Of a stretch of DNA of 64,000 bases, positions 23,783-37,759 are shown one piece after another (position 1 is the first letter of the stretch; every line of letters begins with the position of its first letter). Below the pieces are notes generated by a model, which did not search any database, was not told where the DNA came from, and saw only the letters and a program-made list of their open reading frames with translations. This stretch comes from Chara braunii (lineage: Eukaryota; Plantae; Charophyceae). The position numbers and the translations under genes were made by a program. Where the stretch lies: the NCBI GenBank assembly GCA_003427395.1, contig BFEA01000004.1, positions 3,950,290 through 4,014,289 of the forward strand. Direction: 5' to 3'.

Positions 23783-25378
23783 GGGAATTTTTGTATTTTG
23801 CCCCTCAAAGAGGTGTTCATTTGTGCTTACACTCACAGTCCCTCCAACCTGCAATGTTTTCTCCAGGCACCTGTCAGAGAGTGGTGGAACTTTAAGGCAT
23901 TGGCCTGGCCTTCCTATGGTTGGGCCCGCAGCACTCCATGTGCAGCCTGTCGCCAAGTGCCAGCCATCTAGAAAAGCGGAATGGCTACGAGTATGGGCAT
24001 ACTACGCAGATGTCCGGCCCAAGAGATGCAAGGATTATTTCACAATTTTCAACCATTGCCGCAGGGCCTGCGAGTATAGCTTAGATGTCTGGGGGACCAA
24101 AATTTTCCCTTGGGGTAAGTAGTCGGCGGTCACAAAACAAGTTTGGGAATGCATTCCAAACAGCACTTTTAACGCTTCAGTCGCTGCCTGAGTTTGACAT
24201 TCAGTTGAAACTTGGGCCGCTGTTTCCAACATAGGGGCTTTTTGTTATCAACACTTCAGTCACTCCACGTAGGCTGTGACGCCCAACCTCACGCCCGGCG
24301 CGACTTCCTGATCGGAGTGGGATGTGGGCCTGGAAGTGCGAAAAGGGGTGTGCCAAGGATTTTTGGGAAATTGGGGGTGGAGTCCCAGGTCAGAACTGAG
24401 ATCTCCTGTGGCAAGGTTTCAGGGGCATAGGTGCAATTAGGCTAAAGGACGGGTTGCTTTCGGTGTGATGGCGGTCGATGTCGTGCAGCATAAGGCAGAT
24501 GGCATGCGCGGTGCATCCTGGGCCGTCCGATCCGCCCGTTCTAGTGACGGCGGTTCGGGAGAAGTCCGCTCGTGAGGGTTGCGATTTCTATGGGTCGAAC
24601 CTTCGGGTGTGGACACGTGGCGATTGATGTCGCGGGTTATGGTTAGGCTCCGTAATTCCAGAGGCTCGGCGGTTGCCGCGTCGTCTGCAATTTCTGCACG
24701 GCGTGTGGGGCCAATACGGGGCTACGGAATTCCACGGTACCACCGTGAGTTGGTGGTATGGGAGGAGGACATGGAAGGGAGGGAAATTGGTAACGATAAC
24801 GATGAAGCCGGGGGATATGAAATATTGTGTGTTATAAGTAGTCGGGTAGTCGGGACCCCTCGGGTCGTTGCTTATGGCGCGGTGGAAGTCCCTGGGACAC
24901 AGTCGGTCGTTCTCCGTTAGACAGGGGAATTCCGGATTTTTCAAATTTCCTCGCAGCCTAAGCTGTTCTCCCTCCCAGTATTCTCGGTACTCTGGGTTCC
25001 GCAATCTCTTCCGGTCTGCAGTGTACGACATCTTGTCATTCCGGCGGATTACTAGTTGCAGCGTAGGGGGAAACCTCCGCACGGATCTGATCGTGCTTCG
25101 ATTGACAAGGGAATTTTCGAGTATGGTGGTGGAAATTCCTACCGGCTCAAATTCTCGAAAAAGGGGAATTCTGCACTTATCCCGATACTGGAGGTGCCCA
25201 GTTCATCAGTGATCGCGAATCGCCCGCGTGTGGACACGTGTAGGCCGTGCTGATCAGATCGCACTTACACGTGCGCACAAAGGTGTTCGATCATACACGG
25301 GCCTGTTGGCTGATTTTCTTGCAAAAGTGAGGGTTCAGTCCTATATGCAAAATTGCCACGGGGCATAGATAATCACTC
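23783..25378. mobile_element. Probable Mutator-like (MULE) remnants
   Basis: G-initiated TIR-like ends gggaatttttgtattttgcccct (23783), ggggcataggtgcaatt (~24437), ggggcatagataatcactc (25378); related left end at ~26800; no TSD confirmed. Confidence 0.35.
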
Positions 25379-25719
25379 AATCATCTAATCATTCCGTGAT
25401 CCCGCAAACAATCATTTCCGATCATGCAAAATGACATCGCACACATTACACACCGCAACAACATCAAACTCTTATCGTGACGACAACAAATCAAAGCGGC
25501 AAGCAACGATGATGATTAGGCAAAACGACAAGCATATCATTCCACCAGGACTCGTCCATCCAATATACATAAAAGAGGAAGGATCGAGACCGAGTACGAT
25601 ACCATACAAGGGCCAACGTTAAGACAAAGATGTCGAAGGAAAATAAGAGCGAATTGCCCGAACCGAAATCAAAACTTATATAAAAGATTGAGAAGCACAA
25701 AGAAAAATACAACTCCACG

Positions 25720-25723
<4 letters not shown>

Positions 25724-25787
<64 letters not shown>

Positions 25788-25799
25788 CCTCTCTTTCTC

Positions 25800-25862
<63 letters not shown>
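25724..25862. repeat. (CT)n microsatellite; others at 459-504, 20466-20522, 27754-27837, 40430-40567 (TA/CT), 41533-41591, 44825-44896 (TA), 29938-29994 (AGA), 52197-52281 (polyT)
   Basis: Directly visible. Confidence 0.95.
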
Positions 25863-25866
<4 letters not shown>

Positions 25867-27055
25867 CCCCCTATGCGAACAGTCCATCGTCACGCACCAA
25901 CCCACGAAGTTGTCACCCCGCTTAGTCCTCCTGTGCCCGTTAGGTTCGCCCACGCGCTACAGTCCGTCGTAGCCCCGCGTGTCAACCCCGCACATTCAGC
26001 ACCAGCTCGTCGCATTGCCCAACTCCCACTTCAACTCACCTCTTACTTCGCTCGTGAGCCGACCCTCACTGATCATGCTACCCTGAGCTTCCAGCAAATG
26101 TTTAAGAGAGCTATCTAATCGCGCAGCCGAAATTTATAGCGTGCATGCATGCACAAAGAACACGGAATTGCAAGGATTTAGAAGGAGAGAAGGGGAGGGG
26201 GTGCCTACGTTTTGCATGGCCAAATCGCGGCGTGGGGGACGTACCCACTCTCCACACATCGATCCGATCATGCAGCCCGCGGGCCAACTAGACACAACAA
26301 AGAAGAGAGCGGGCGCGAAAAACGAATCTCAAGAAGAGAGATACAGTTACAAGGGCGCCCCGCCCAAAATTACAGTTACACTCAAGATTAAGGGCGCCGA
26401 CTAATCAGAGCTCCGTTGCAGCCGCAAAAAGAAACGCACGAGCAAAAAGCACCGTGCGGCAAAGAAAATTTCGAATTCCTAAATTCCTATTTAACGCAAA
26501 AATGCAAAAAAAAACTTTATTAAAGCACAAATCCCGAAAAGAAAGTCTGAAATTCCGAGAGCCATCGAGGGCTCGACAAGATTCGAAAAAGAATTTCAGA
26601 AAGAAAGAAGCAAAACTCCCGCGTGATCACCGCGCCGAAAGTCCGACAGCAGAACAAGAAAGAAGCGACATCAACCATTATTAATCTCGCCTCCGTCGGC
26701 GCGCCAGCCGCTCGATCGACCATCTCGGGACTTGCCCAGCCCTGGCCCCAGCCATCCGAAAAGAAGCGACGTAAAAAGAAGAACAAACAAAGACACCGAT
26801 GCAATTTTCCCATTGGATCCCATCTCCCGTAATTGGCCTAACCTTCCCAGCTTAGGACCCCTCACTGTCGTCGCGCAGAAAATCGCGCGGAACAGGAATT
26901 GGTTCGTCACAAGGCCAGTATCATCCCAACCATAAATGGTGAGGGAACTGGGACGTTTGGTCCTAGAGTCCAGATGATGGAAGTCCACAAGTAGAACCAA
27001 ATATTTATGTATCCCCGGGTGCCAGTTAACTCAATGATGATGTTTCAAGGCCGTT

Positions 27056-27753
27056 NNNNNNNNNNNNNNNNNNNNNNNNNNNNNNNNNNNNNNNNNNNNN
27101 NNNNNNNNNNNNNNNNNNNNNNNNNNNNNNNNNNNNNNNNNNNNNNNNNNNNNNNNNNNNNNNNNNNNNNNNNNNNNNNNNNNNNNNNNNNNNNNNNNNN
27201 NNNNNNNNNNNNNNNNNNNNNNNNNNNNNNNNNNNNNNNNNNNNNNNNNNNNNNNNNNNNNNNNNNNNNNNNNNNNNNNNNNNNNNNNNNNNNNNNNNNN
27301 NNNNNNNNNNNNNNNNNNNNNNNNNNNNNNNNNNNNNNNNNNNNNNNNNNNNNNNNNNNNNNNNNNNNNNNNNNNNNNNNNNNNNNNNNNNNNNNNNNNN
27401 NNNNNNNNNNNNNNNNNNNNNNNNNNNNNNNNNNNNNNNNNNNNNNNNNNNNNNNNNNNNNNNNNNNNNNNNNNNNNNNNNNNNNNNNNNNNNNNNNNNN
27501 NNNNNNNNNNNNNNNNNNNNNNNNNNNNNNNNNNNNNNNNNNNNNNNNNNNNNNNNNNNNNNNNNNNNNNNNNNNNNNNNNNNNNNNNNNNNNNNNNNNN
27601 NNNNNNNNNNNNNNNNNNNNNNNNNNNNNNNNNNNNNNNNNNNNNNNNNNNNNNNNNNNNNNNNNNNNNNNNNNNNNNNNNNNNNNNNNNNNNNNNNNNN
27701 NNNNNNNNNNNNNNNNNNNNNNNNNNNNNNNNNNNNNNNNNNNNNNNNNNNNN
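27056..27753. other. Assembly gap (698 N), abutting a (GA)n tract
   Basis: Run of n. Confidence 1.
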
Positions 27754-27845
<92 letters not shown>

Positions 27846-29384
27846 TTTGCTTCGTTTAGTGCTCAAAACTATACCTTGTCTTAAACAATCGTACCCCTCA
27901 TAGCGCATTGGTCGTGGCGGGTTCATAACAGACGACCCCAAACCCAACCTTGCAGCACAGGCTATTTCTCACTCCCCCGGGCCTGTGGGGGGCCTCTACT
28001 GGGCCGTCGCACGTGGCTGCGTAGACTGCAACTTGAAACTCCATTACTCGACTTTTTGACGAAGGGGAGTTTTCACTGCATTTAAAACCACCACTCTCCC
28101 CGACGTAAAAAACCTTCGCCTACCGGTAGGCCGCAATTGTCCAATTTTGATTGCACTACCGGTTCTTCGTGGCCTACCAGGTACTGGTCGGATATGTCGT
28201 CGACGAATTGGGACACGTGCGTCCGCACACGTTCGAAATCTGGTGCTGGCACGAGGCGGTCGAAAGTGTTTTTTGCGGACATCGAAGTGACCGTTGTCAG
28301 AGCAAACACCCTTACAAAGGTATTTGCTCATGATTTTGCATTCGATGCAGGATCGACGCCGGTTACCATACCGGAAACAGCTTGAAGTAAAAAGTAAGAA
28401 TTTTTGGCATGACGCCATGAAGCAATTTTTTCGACCATTGAAGACGAGGTTGCTAGGTGATCATACGCTGTGATACGCAGTGTACGAAAACAGGTAAAGG
28501 TTAGTAAAAGTTAAAAGTCTTCGGTCACAAGGGCCGAAGGTTTGAAAGAAGACAAAAAAAAGGTCGCACTGGATGCAACAACCACGGTATAAAACAGGCG
28601 AAGGTTTAGGCGGTAAGGCAAATACGATTTAGAACAATTCAAGGGCATCCGATCGGCCGGTATGGGAAAGTTAGCAGGTCGCGCCGCCATAAAATATAAG
28701 GATGACATGAAAAATTAATATGACCCCGGCATGAAAAATTAAGATGACCCGGGTTATGAGGTCGGGGCAGTCAAGAGAAACACACTGCAAACCATAATAG
28801 ATAACGACAGTCGGTACATCTGTCCTTACTCGTATGTCGTAAGCGACGGGAGACACTGTTGCAAGTTCTGATATCGTCCGCACAGGGTCTGGACTTAGGC
28901 GACTTGAACTGGTACCCACCTACCTATCGATATTGGGCCCGCCTCGAGTGTCGGACACATCTACCTCTAATTGGTGCGGTACTGGCCTATCTGCTACTTT
29001 AGCATTTTTCCGCCGCTCTTAAATGTTGCAGACATTTTTCCCTGCTGCATGAGCATTTACCCCGCCACAACCCTCAATGACACGATCATAGGTAAGTACC
29101 GGCCCTTCGAGTCTTTCGATCAACCAAGTACCCTTGTGGGCCACGCACACACACTTAACCAGACAAGGCACTTAAAACAGATATGCGAACAGACAACCAC
29201 ACATGCACGCAAACTCTGAAGTAGGCTCGGATGGGATGATCCAGAACTCTATACATACTAGGGTTGCTCCCCTTCTTTTTGAAGTGGGAGCTAGCTCAGT
29301 AGGTTTCGGGACAAACTATCGAGCCCACCCGACCTATGAGCTAACTCCCTTTTTATGAAGGGGCTCAACAACGTTTTTCATCTG

Positions 29385-29460
29385 GGCTCGTGGGATTGGG
29401 GTTTGAACCCACGACCTGAGTATTAGGATACGTTAATATTAGTAGAACCACTGCTTAACG
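29385..29460 (-). mobile_element. tRNA-derived fragment (SINE head or tRNA pseudogene)
   Basis: Minus strand reads aggtcgtgggttcaaacccc (T-arm/B box) with a weak upstream A box. Confidence 0.45.
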
Positions 29461-32400
29461 GGGATCCGACACTTAGCCTGTACAAGTAGTTAGTAGTTGG
29501 ATTCTTTTTATTTTCTTTTTCGTATTTTCCCTTAATTTTCGCCAGTTATAGTTATATTCTTCTTTTATTTATCTTTATTATTATTATCGTTTTGTTTTTT
29601 TTCTCGATGTCGTGATTTACAGAGTAGATGAACTCGCACCCGAACTACGGGCAGGTTCATTCCTATCGAGGTCAGTGCTACAGGGCTTCAAGCCGGGCCC
29701 TCTCGATCCCGGCCCACATCTTCGAGAGGGGGAGCGGGGAAGAGGAGAGCGCGAGAGACAGATCTCGCGAACACAAGATCAAAACATAGGCGACCTCGTA
29801 CAGGAGGAGGTGGGCAGAAGAGAGAGGGGGAGAGGAGGTAGAGCGCCCGGTGCAGCAAGGAAGAAGGCACCTCGAAGGAAGAAGAAAAGGATCGCGCGAG
29901 CGGGAGAGGAGGTGGTCGCGAAGAATGGAGATGCTGAAAGAAGAAGAAGAAGAAGAAGAAGAAGAAGAAGAAGAAGAAGAAGAAGAAGAAGAAGATGAGA
30001 GGAGAGGGAGAGGATAGTCACCTGGCCTCATCCGTTGATGGCATCGTGAGGGCGGGCTCGTCATCCGCTCGACCTCGTTGGAACGTGCGCTTATAACGTT
30101 CATGGTCAGTACGCTGTAATCTTGGTATGTTACGCATCGTGACGGACCGTGAAGCGCTGCGAGGAGGCATCGAGCCCAGTCGACCGGCCGACGACGAGGA
30201 CAGGAGAGAGAGAAGCAGGTAAGTCCCCACACTCGCAGCAGGCCTCACAATACTCCTATCAAGAGGATGAGCAAAAACGAACGTATCTACAGCTAGAACA
30301 TGGAAAATATACATACTCTAATCCCAAGGCGACTCCCCGGTACTTCTATTGACAAGATGAACGAAAACAAACGAACCTACAGCTAAAACGTGGAATAATA
30401 CATTACTACTCATGTGTGAATGAAACGCACACTACCTCCATCGATAGGATAAAGAAAATGTCGAATGTATTTACCACTACAACATGGAAATATACGCCGC
30501 CACTGGCGCCCGCCCATTGTCACACCGTTGTCCGGTTCGCCCGCGGAATGCCCATTCATGAGTGCATGTGTGTGTACGTGTGTTAGAGAGAGAGAAAGAG
30601 AGAGGAAGGAAACTTACCGTGTCCGTTGTTGATCGTCGTCGTTACAGTCAGGCAATCAACCCCCTGAATACGATACTCGTTCATTCTGGCTGTGCCTGGC
30701 CGGAAAAATGGCTTGAATACATTTAATTCTATTTTTATTATTAACATTATTGTTATGAGGTGCTGGTCATCGATTGATGATAACTGGATGCGGAAGAAGG
30801 AGCATGCCCGTGGGGAAGATGAGGGATCAAGAGGGGGGAAATGAGATGAACACGAGGGAGGAGAGATACACCTGGAAGTAAATGATGACCGTGCAGGAAA
30901 GAAGAAGACAGAAAGGAGAAGAAAAAGGAGGAAGAAGGAGAAGGTTCTGAAGAAGATGATAAAGCAACAACAATAATGACTTAGAGCTCGACAACAGTAA
31001 CTAGATAACCACTGCGACAAACAAGACAAACGACGGATACGATCGCTACGATGACAGGCCAATCCTCGCAAGTCATTCCCTTCGTCATAGGTGGTAGGAT
31101 GTCACGAGTAGAGAGGGATAGGCGCACAGGGGGAGGAAGGTGATGAGCACGACAAGACACTTGCCTGATACACATGCCATCGAAGACGTTCAACCTCCTG
31201 GTGAGTGGATGGAAGCTCGACGAAAATCAATCGCCACAGTCTCTCGTTTGTTCCTTTCCCCTTCCCTGCCTACGGACCACCACATTGGTCTGATTTCTTT
31301 TGTACGATTTTTCCCTCTCTGCCGCCGTCGAGATCAGATGTATGCATTAAAAGTTTGCACTTTCCGTACGGTTGAGAAAAAAAAGTTGGGGATTCAAAAA
31401 GGAAAAATGAAGTAGAGGAGGAAGGAGGTGGAGTAGCGGCCACACGAATGGGAAGATCAAGACTGTGAGGAGTAGTGATGGGGAAGAAGAAAAGGGAGAA
31501 ACAAATAAGAGTAGAAGAGAAGGGGGAGACAGGAAAGCATAGAGAGGGGGGAAGAGGGTAAAGAGGAGTAAAAAGCAGCGACAAGAAGACGACAGAAAGG
31601 AGAAGGCAAACAAACATCAACGGACAACAACAGACAACAATAGACAACCCGATACAATCAAGAACGAACAGACATACAGACACAGACAAAAAACCAGGCA
31701 TATGCAACCAAGCGAACAGCCAAATGCAGACTAACAAACAAACAAATTGACTGACAGACTCAAACAGATAGACAGACATACACAAAGAAACAAACAGACG
31801 CATAGAGAGAGAGAGAGAGGAAGAAGGGGAAGGAAGAGAGGAGCGAAAACGTACCTTGCTCTAATGGTGATCTGCAGGAGCGATATTATCTTCCTTATGG
31901 GTAACAGCGGCAGGGGGTGTTTTCCGACATTAGAGCTCATTGTATCGTTCTCATTTTGACACATATCTCAATGCTTAATGTTCTCTGCTAAGTACACGAC
32001 TATCTGATTTGCAATTAGCTACGTCATTTTGAGTTTCTGTCTATTGTTCCCGCTCATATTTCTCGCATATAATTGTTATTATTAATACCATTATCATTAT
32101 TATTTATGCAATCAGACTTGTCTTCTCAACACTCAGCATGAGTAGGAACAGATGATGATAACAGTGGCGACTTGCGCCCTCGCAAAGCTTAGAGGTAACG
32201 TAGACAAGAACACAGTTCAGATTCAAACTTGTCTCGATCGGCTATGGCCGATCAGCTGCAATCAGCAGCTTATTCCTATGCACGCAACTCTGGATCACCC
32301 TGAAAGCCCCTTATGCCACTTGCCTTATGTGTAAATCGTGATAAGAAACTCGAAGGGCGACTCTCGGACTATAGAAGCTACGACCATGACCCCTCGGAAG

Positions 32401-34734
32401 AACTACAACTACGACTACTAGAATTCACTAAGACTTATATCCGGCAGGTCTACAGATCGAACCCCTACAGCCTAAGGACCTATAGGAGATTACCAACTGT
32501 TTGTGAATACACAGGTCACGAGGTCAACTCGCGAGGTTTACACAGATACTCAACACGGGTAAGGTTAGGACTACGGATCTAGCCCAAGGATCTGCATTCG
32601 CTATTGCTAACAGGACAATACAAGTTCAGATACAGACTGACAAATGTCACGTCACAGATAACCACAGACAGACGTATGTGAAATACTGAGACAGACAGAC
32701 AGGGAACAGAGATAAATAACAACAGCAGACAAACAAGAGCAGACAAAACATGACAAACAGCGAAGAAAACAAACAGACGACAACATACAAAAAGTTACAG
32801 AAACAGACGTACATGAATAGACAGACAGAGCCGGAGGCCCGTACACGGGTTGAACACGAGTTGTGGGCAGGGCGATAGAAGGCATTCGTAGCCGGTTTTT
32901 CTGTCTGTAGTTGTATAGGACGCTCGATGGTCTTTGGGTGCACATGACATCTGAGAGTGGGGGATCTAGGTAGTGAGTAATACGAGAGACATACCTGATA
33001 ATTGGGAAGAACGGCAGTGGCCGATATCTGCACGTACTTCGGGAGGCTGTTAACGTCACCGGTGGCACTGTGGATAGGCTAAGGAAGATCTACCATTTAC
33101 AGTCTAGGAGCTGAGCGCCAGATAGGACGTTGACATTGGTTCTTTGATTGATGATGATGAGAGTTGTCTAGCATTGTCACTTATGAACTTTTGTTGTGCT
33201 CGCATCAAGTGGAGCTCGGGATACAATATTGTTACTGACTCGAGGTCACGAGTATCTGGTCTCATGTGTATGTTACTGTTTAGTTTCTGAAGTTGCTATG
33301 ACTCATTTTCCTTGCATTTTGTTTGGTTAAAATTTTGCTATTTCTATTATGATTATTATTATTGATTGATTGGTATATTAATATTAGTATTACTTTATTA
33401 TTAGTATTTTTTATTATTATTATTTTACTTGTAGATAGACTCACTTTCCTTCTTACTTCACATGCATGTAAACAGGCAGAACAACAAGTCTATCTGGCGC
33501 CCACCCAGAGCTCAGAGATATGGCAACCAAGAACACAGTTGAAACACAGATTCGCTGCTAACTGGTTATGGCACCGGAAAGCCTGCACATCTCACATCCG
33601 ACACTGTGTCCGTCACCCGTCCACACACACTCAACTCCGAATCGCTTTGAATGTCTTGCGCATACTCACTCTGAAGTTATGCGCTCTATCTTTAAACAAT
33701 AGCGGCTATGAACGCTCTATTACTATTGGCTATGTCCCACTTCCACCTCAGGCATCTGCTGACCACCTCACATGAAAACGTTTGGACAGCGCTTTCGCAT
33801 GGCTCGACAGTTTGAGTGAATGAATGGCTAGACGCTGCCTCTTGATATGTTTCGGTTGATCATTAGTCTGCTCCTTTCCACCAGACCATGGTGCACACGG
33901 TCCCTCATGGTGCTTGCTGAACTGGACTGGGGCTGCCTGAACCGGTACCGCCGACTGCATGGGTTTGCACTACCAACTCGATGCAGTTGCACTGCCGATG
34001 TAATGTAGTTAGGACTATAGCAGCTACGACCTTGACCTTTCAAGACTGTAGCAGCTACGACCTCGACCCTGACCAAAATCTTACAATTATGACATCGGCC
34101 ACAGACTTAACCTCTACACAGCGCAGACAGACATGTACAGACAGTAATAAGCAGATATATACAGACAGGCATCGACAGATAGACAAACAGAAACTATCAG
34201 ACATAACAGACAAACACAGACAAACAGATAGACAACATAAACAAACAGACAAGCAACATAAACAGACAAACAGATCAACACAGACTGAAGGACAAACAAA
34301 CACACAGTCCCGCGTGGCATTGCTGACTTGACAAAGTGTGACTGGGACTGGGTACTGCTGACTTGGCGCAGTTGGACTGCCCACTTGCTCATCTGCCTCT
34401 AGTCTGGCGTGAGCAACAATCGAGAGGTCACTTTGCGGACTTTTCCGGAAATCTGTAGACCTGGCCTTTCGCGTCTGTAGCAGTCGTGACCTTGACATTT
34501 CATGATTGCAGCGGCTACGACTTCTACACAGCTATGACCCCTACTCTGTTGACCTATAGATCCAACCCCGACAAAACATGGACCTGCGACAGACAACAAT
34601 CAACTACCAAAACACAGGTTGCGGGTTCAAACACACGAGGGTCTACTCGATTTTGAACCAGGGTTCGGGAAAGGTCTCAGGGTCAAGCCTTGGGATTTGC
34701 ATCTGCTTCTGTGAAGTTGAAAACAGTTTCATTA

Positions 34735-34766
<32 letters not shown>

Positions 34767-35512
34767 GTTGTTGTTGTTGTTAATATTTCAGGTTACTCAA
34801 CCTTACATCCACTAATTACCATATGCAAGGGTGGAAACTGTTGGAAGTGCAGTGCATCCACCAACGACGTCACGAGGCGGGATCTGTCAAACCGCCCGAC
34901 TTTATGGGATGTTTGCATGTGCCTGGCATCTCCCCCATGCTGTGGTCTCGGTGTGTTGCACATCGTGATGATCATGCTGCGTTCGCAGAGGGGAGAACAG
35001 GTATCTCCAACCTCACTGCAGGCTGCAACAGACAGTCAGACAAGACAAAGTGTGGACAATACTAGAAAAACAGATGGACAGACAGGCACAGACAAAAACG
35101 GACATATAAACGGATGGACAGACACCAACAGACAGACACACTCAGAAAGAGAGGGAAGTGAGGTTGGTGATGCGGAAGCACGTACCTGGCCTCCGCAATG
35201 GTCTAACATCCACATACAGTTCTATTATGGCGCTTGCATCTAACAGTCGCACTGAAGATTGGCAGGATGTTAGTATGTTGTGTGATCATAGTCTAGGTGT
35301 CGAGTGCCAAGTAGGAGGGAGGACTTCGGAGTGTGTATGACGGTGGTGGCGAGAGTTTGCTCTCACTTACATTCGGACTCAGTACTTTTGGTTCTCCGTA
35401 GAACGCCGGTGCATTACTGCATACCAAACTGTGTCTGACTTCCTGACTCTCAATAAAATTCCGCGATCTGAGATCTGTCATTTCACCATTGCCCACATTA
35501 CAACTATTATTA

Positions 35513-35555
<43 letters not shown>

Positions 35556-36289
35556 TGTTATTATTTGGCCCCAACCAGCTTCACGCCCGCCCTAATGAAT
35601 GCAGGCCCGAAATAACCACAAGGGGCCTTACCTCAGCACTCGTCGATATGGGTCTTGGACAGTTACTGCAGGCTAGTTGGCTGAAGTGCAGCCTGAGCAT
35701 CACTCTAAGTCTTTCAGAGACAGCAGCTGCATCAGGCAACTGAGTCCGGGACGCGGGATGTTAAGCCCTGGACACACACAGCATGAGACCCGCATAGTGA
35801 AGAGGGGCGCATGCCACTAAGGATGCAACATTGCAACCGTATCCACGCAGGGGCACTAAGTGGTGTGTGTCACAAACCAAACTGCAGGACATTAGCAGAC
35901 TATGGTTAAGCAGGGTTGCAATCACACGCATGGTTCTTGAGACACACATAAGAGACATTGAGTGGGTTGCTGCGACCAAGGCTGTGTAGCGAAAGTAAAA
36001 GGGTGAATGTATACCGGACATGAAAGAAAAAGAAGAGAAAAGAAGGAGGAGGAAAGTAAAATGAAGGAGGAACCAATGACGAAGAGGGTGAAAGGACAAG
36101 ACTTGGTAGCTCCTGCGTTTTTTTTTTCTTTTAGGAAAAGATAAATCATTTATTGTAATGCAAAAATTCTGATTAATATTGCTCTCCAAATTTATATTAT
36201 TTTATTTTCATGGATGTTTGTCATTGTTACTTATTATCGTTCATTGATTGGCATCATGGGTAAAGGGGTGAAGCAGATGAGGAGAGAAG

Positions 36290-36730
36290 GAGCGAGGTAC
36301 CAGAGAAAAACGTCGTCACCGTGTGACGATGCCTACCTCCATCCTCCTCGGTTCTCTCCTTGATCTAATTCCCCCATTTCCCTTTTTGTTCTCATATCAC
36401 TCCTGGAAGTATTATTACAATCATCATGCTTGTTAGCATATTGCTACTGAAGGTAATGGGGAGGGTTAGATACGGAGAAGTACGGGGCACTTGAGAGGAA
36501 GGAGACATCATCACCGAATGATGGTGCCTCCTCCATCCTTCCCCGTTCTCTCGTGTTCTAATCCCCTCATTTCCCCTATATTTCCACAACTATGTGAAAT
36601 GGTATGATCTCTCTGAATTGAAAAATCTATTCTATGGAGAAGGATGACCAAACGGTCCGACATAACAGGGTGATTGCGGGAACTCTGGAGGCAGGTAACC
36701 ACGAGGTACGCATCACCTATTCCGTTCTCA
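36290..36730. repeat. Degenerate ~195-bp period direct repeat
   Basis: tcaccg..tga.g.tgcct.cctccatcct.c.c.gttctc...ctaat.ccc.catttccc at 36316 and 36511. Confidence 0.6.
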
Positions 36731-37064
36731 TATACCCTTATAGGCTACAACCATCTATTGGACTGCGTGTATGATTGTATGAACTGTTGCTTGTGTTTTC
36801 TTCAGGATCAAAAGTGTATCAAACGGAAAAATGTTATATGATTGAAGTAAGAATCTTGCCTGATGAAAGAAAGAAACCTAGGAGAACCGAGAAGGAATCT
36901 AGTCTGCTTGGGTTTGGGAGACAGAGCCGAGTGATGGAGGTTCCCGAAGGGTCGTCACACTGTTTGCATGAGATAACTAAGGTGGATGATGGAATACTCG
37001 CTGTGCGAAGTTACCTTGCCATTCATTTGACTAAAGGAGAGATAATTAACTGGTGCATATATTT

Positions 37065-37750
37065 TCAGGTCTCCTTTGCAGGCAGTTCAACCACTTTAGG
37101 TTACTACACCAGTTCCAGATTGTGTGTAGATCTATACATGGGATTGTCTGAAACCGCCTTCAGGCAGTTCAACCACTTCAGGTTGATATACCACTTTCAG
37201 ATTGCCTACAGATCCATTGCAAATGTTGGGATGGGGTACCTGAAACCCTTTTCAGAAGCTTCAGCCACTTCAGCGGTTTCAGGTCCCCACCCGAAATTCC
37301 TTAAATGACCTGAAGCGGCTGGAGCTTTTGAAAGGGGTTTCAAATACCCCCATCCAACCATTTGGATGGGGTACCTGAAACCCATTTCAGAAGCTTCAGC
37401 CACTTCCGCGGTTTAAGGTCCCCATATGAAATTCCTGAAATAACCTGAAGTGGTTGAAGCTTCTGAAAGGGGTTTCAGGTACCGCCATCCAAATGGTTGG
37501 ATGGGGGTACTTGAAACTTCTTTCAGAAGCTTCAACCACTTCAGCGGTTTCATGTCTCCACCAGAAATTCCTGAAATGACCTGAAGTGGCTGAAAAAATA
37601 GGTAAAAAAAAAAAAAAAAACATAAAACTTGTGCTGTAAACCCCCCGAAACTTCTGAAATGACATGAAGTGTCTTCAGACCATTTTAACAGTTTCAGACC
37701 ACTTCAGAATCTTTCTTTATGAAATTTCAGGTGGTCGTTAACCGCGAGTA
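37065..37750. mobile_element. CACTA-type terminus with subterminal repeat array (homologous to 62825-63404)
   Basis: Many accacttcag/ctgaagtgg units, catccaaatggttggatg hairpin, end ggtcgttaaccgcgagta. Confidence 0.6.
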
Positions 37751-37759
37751 GACTAAAGT

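Noticed and set aside
24610-25275. G-box (CACGTG) cluster as a TPL regulatory module
   Set aside because: The sites lie within probable MULE remnants more than 3.5 kb from the ATG, with no evidence of function.
27007-27947. ~300-aa ORFs
   Set aside because: Artefacts of the N gap and (GA)n.
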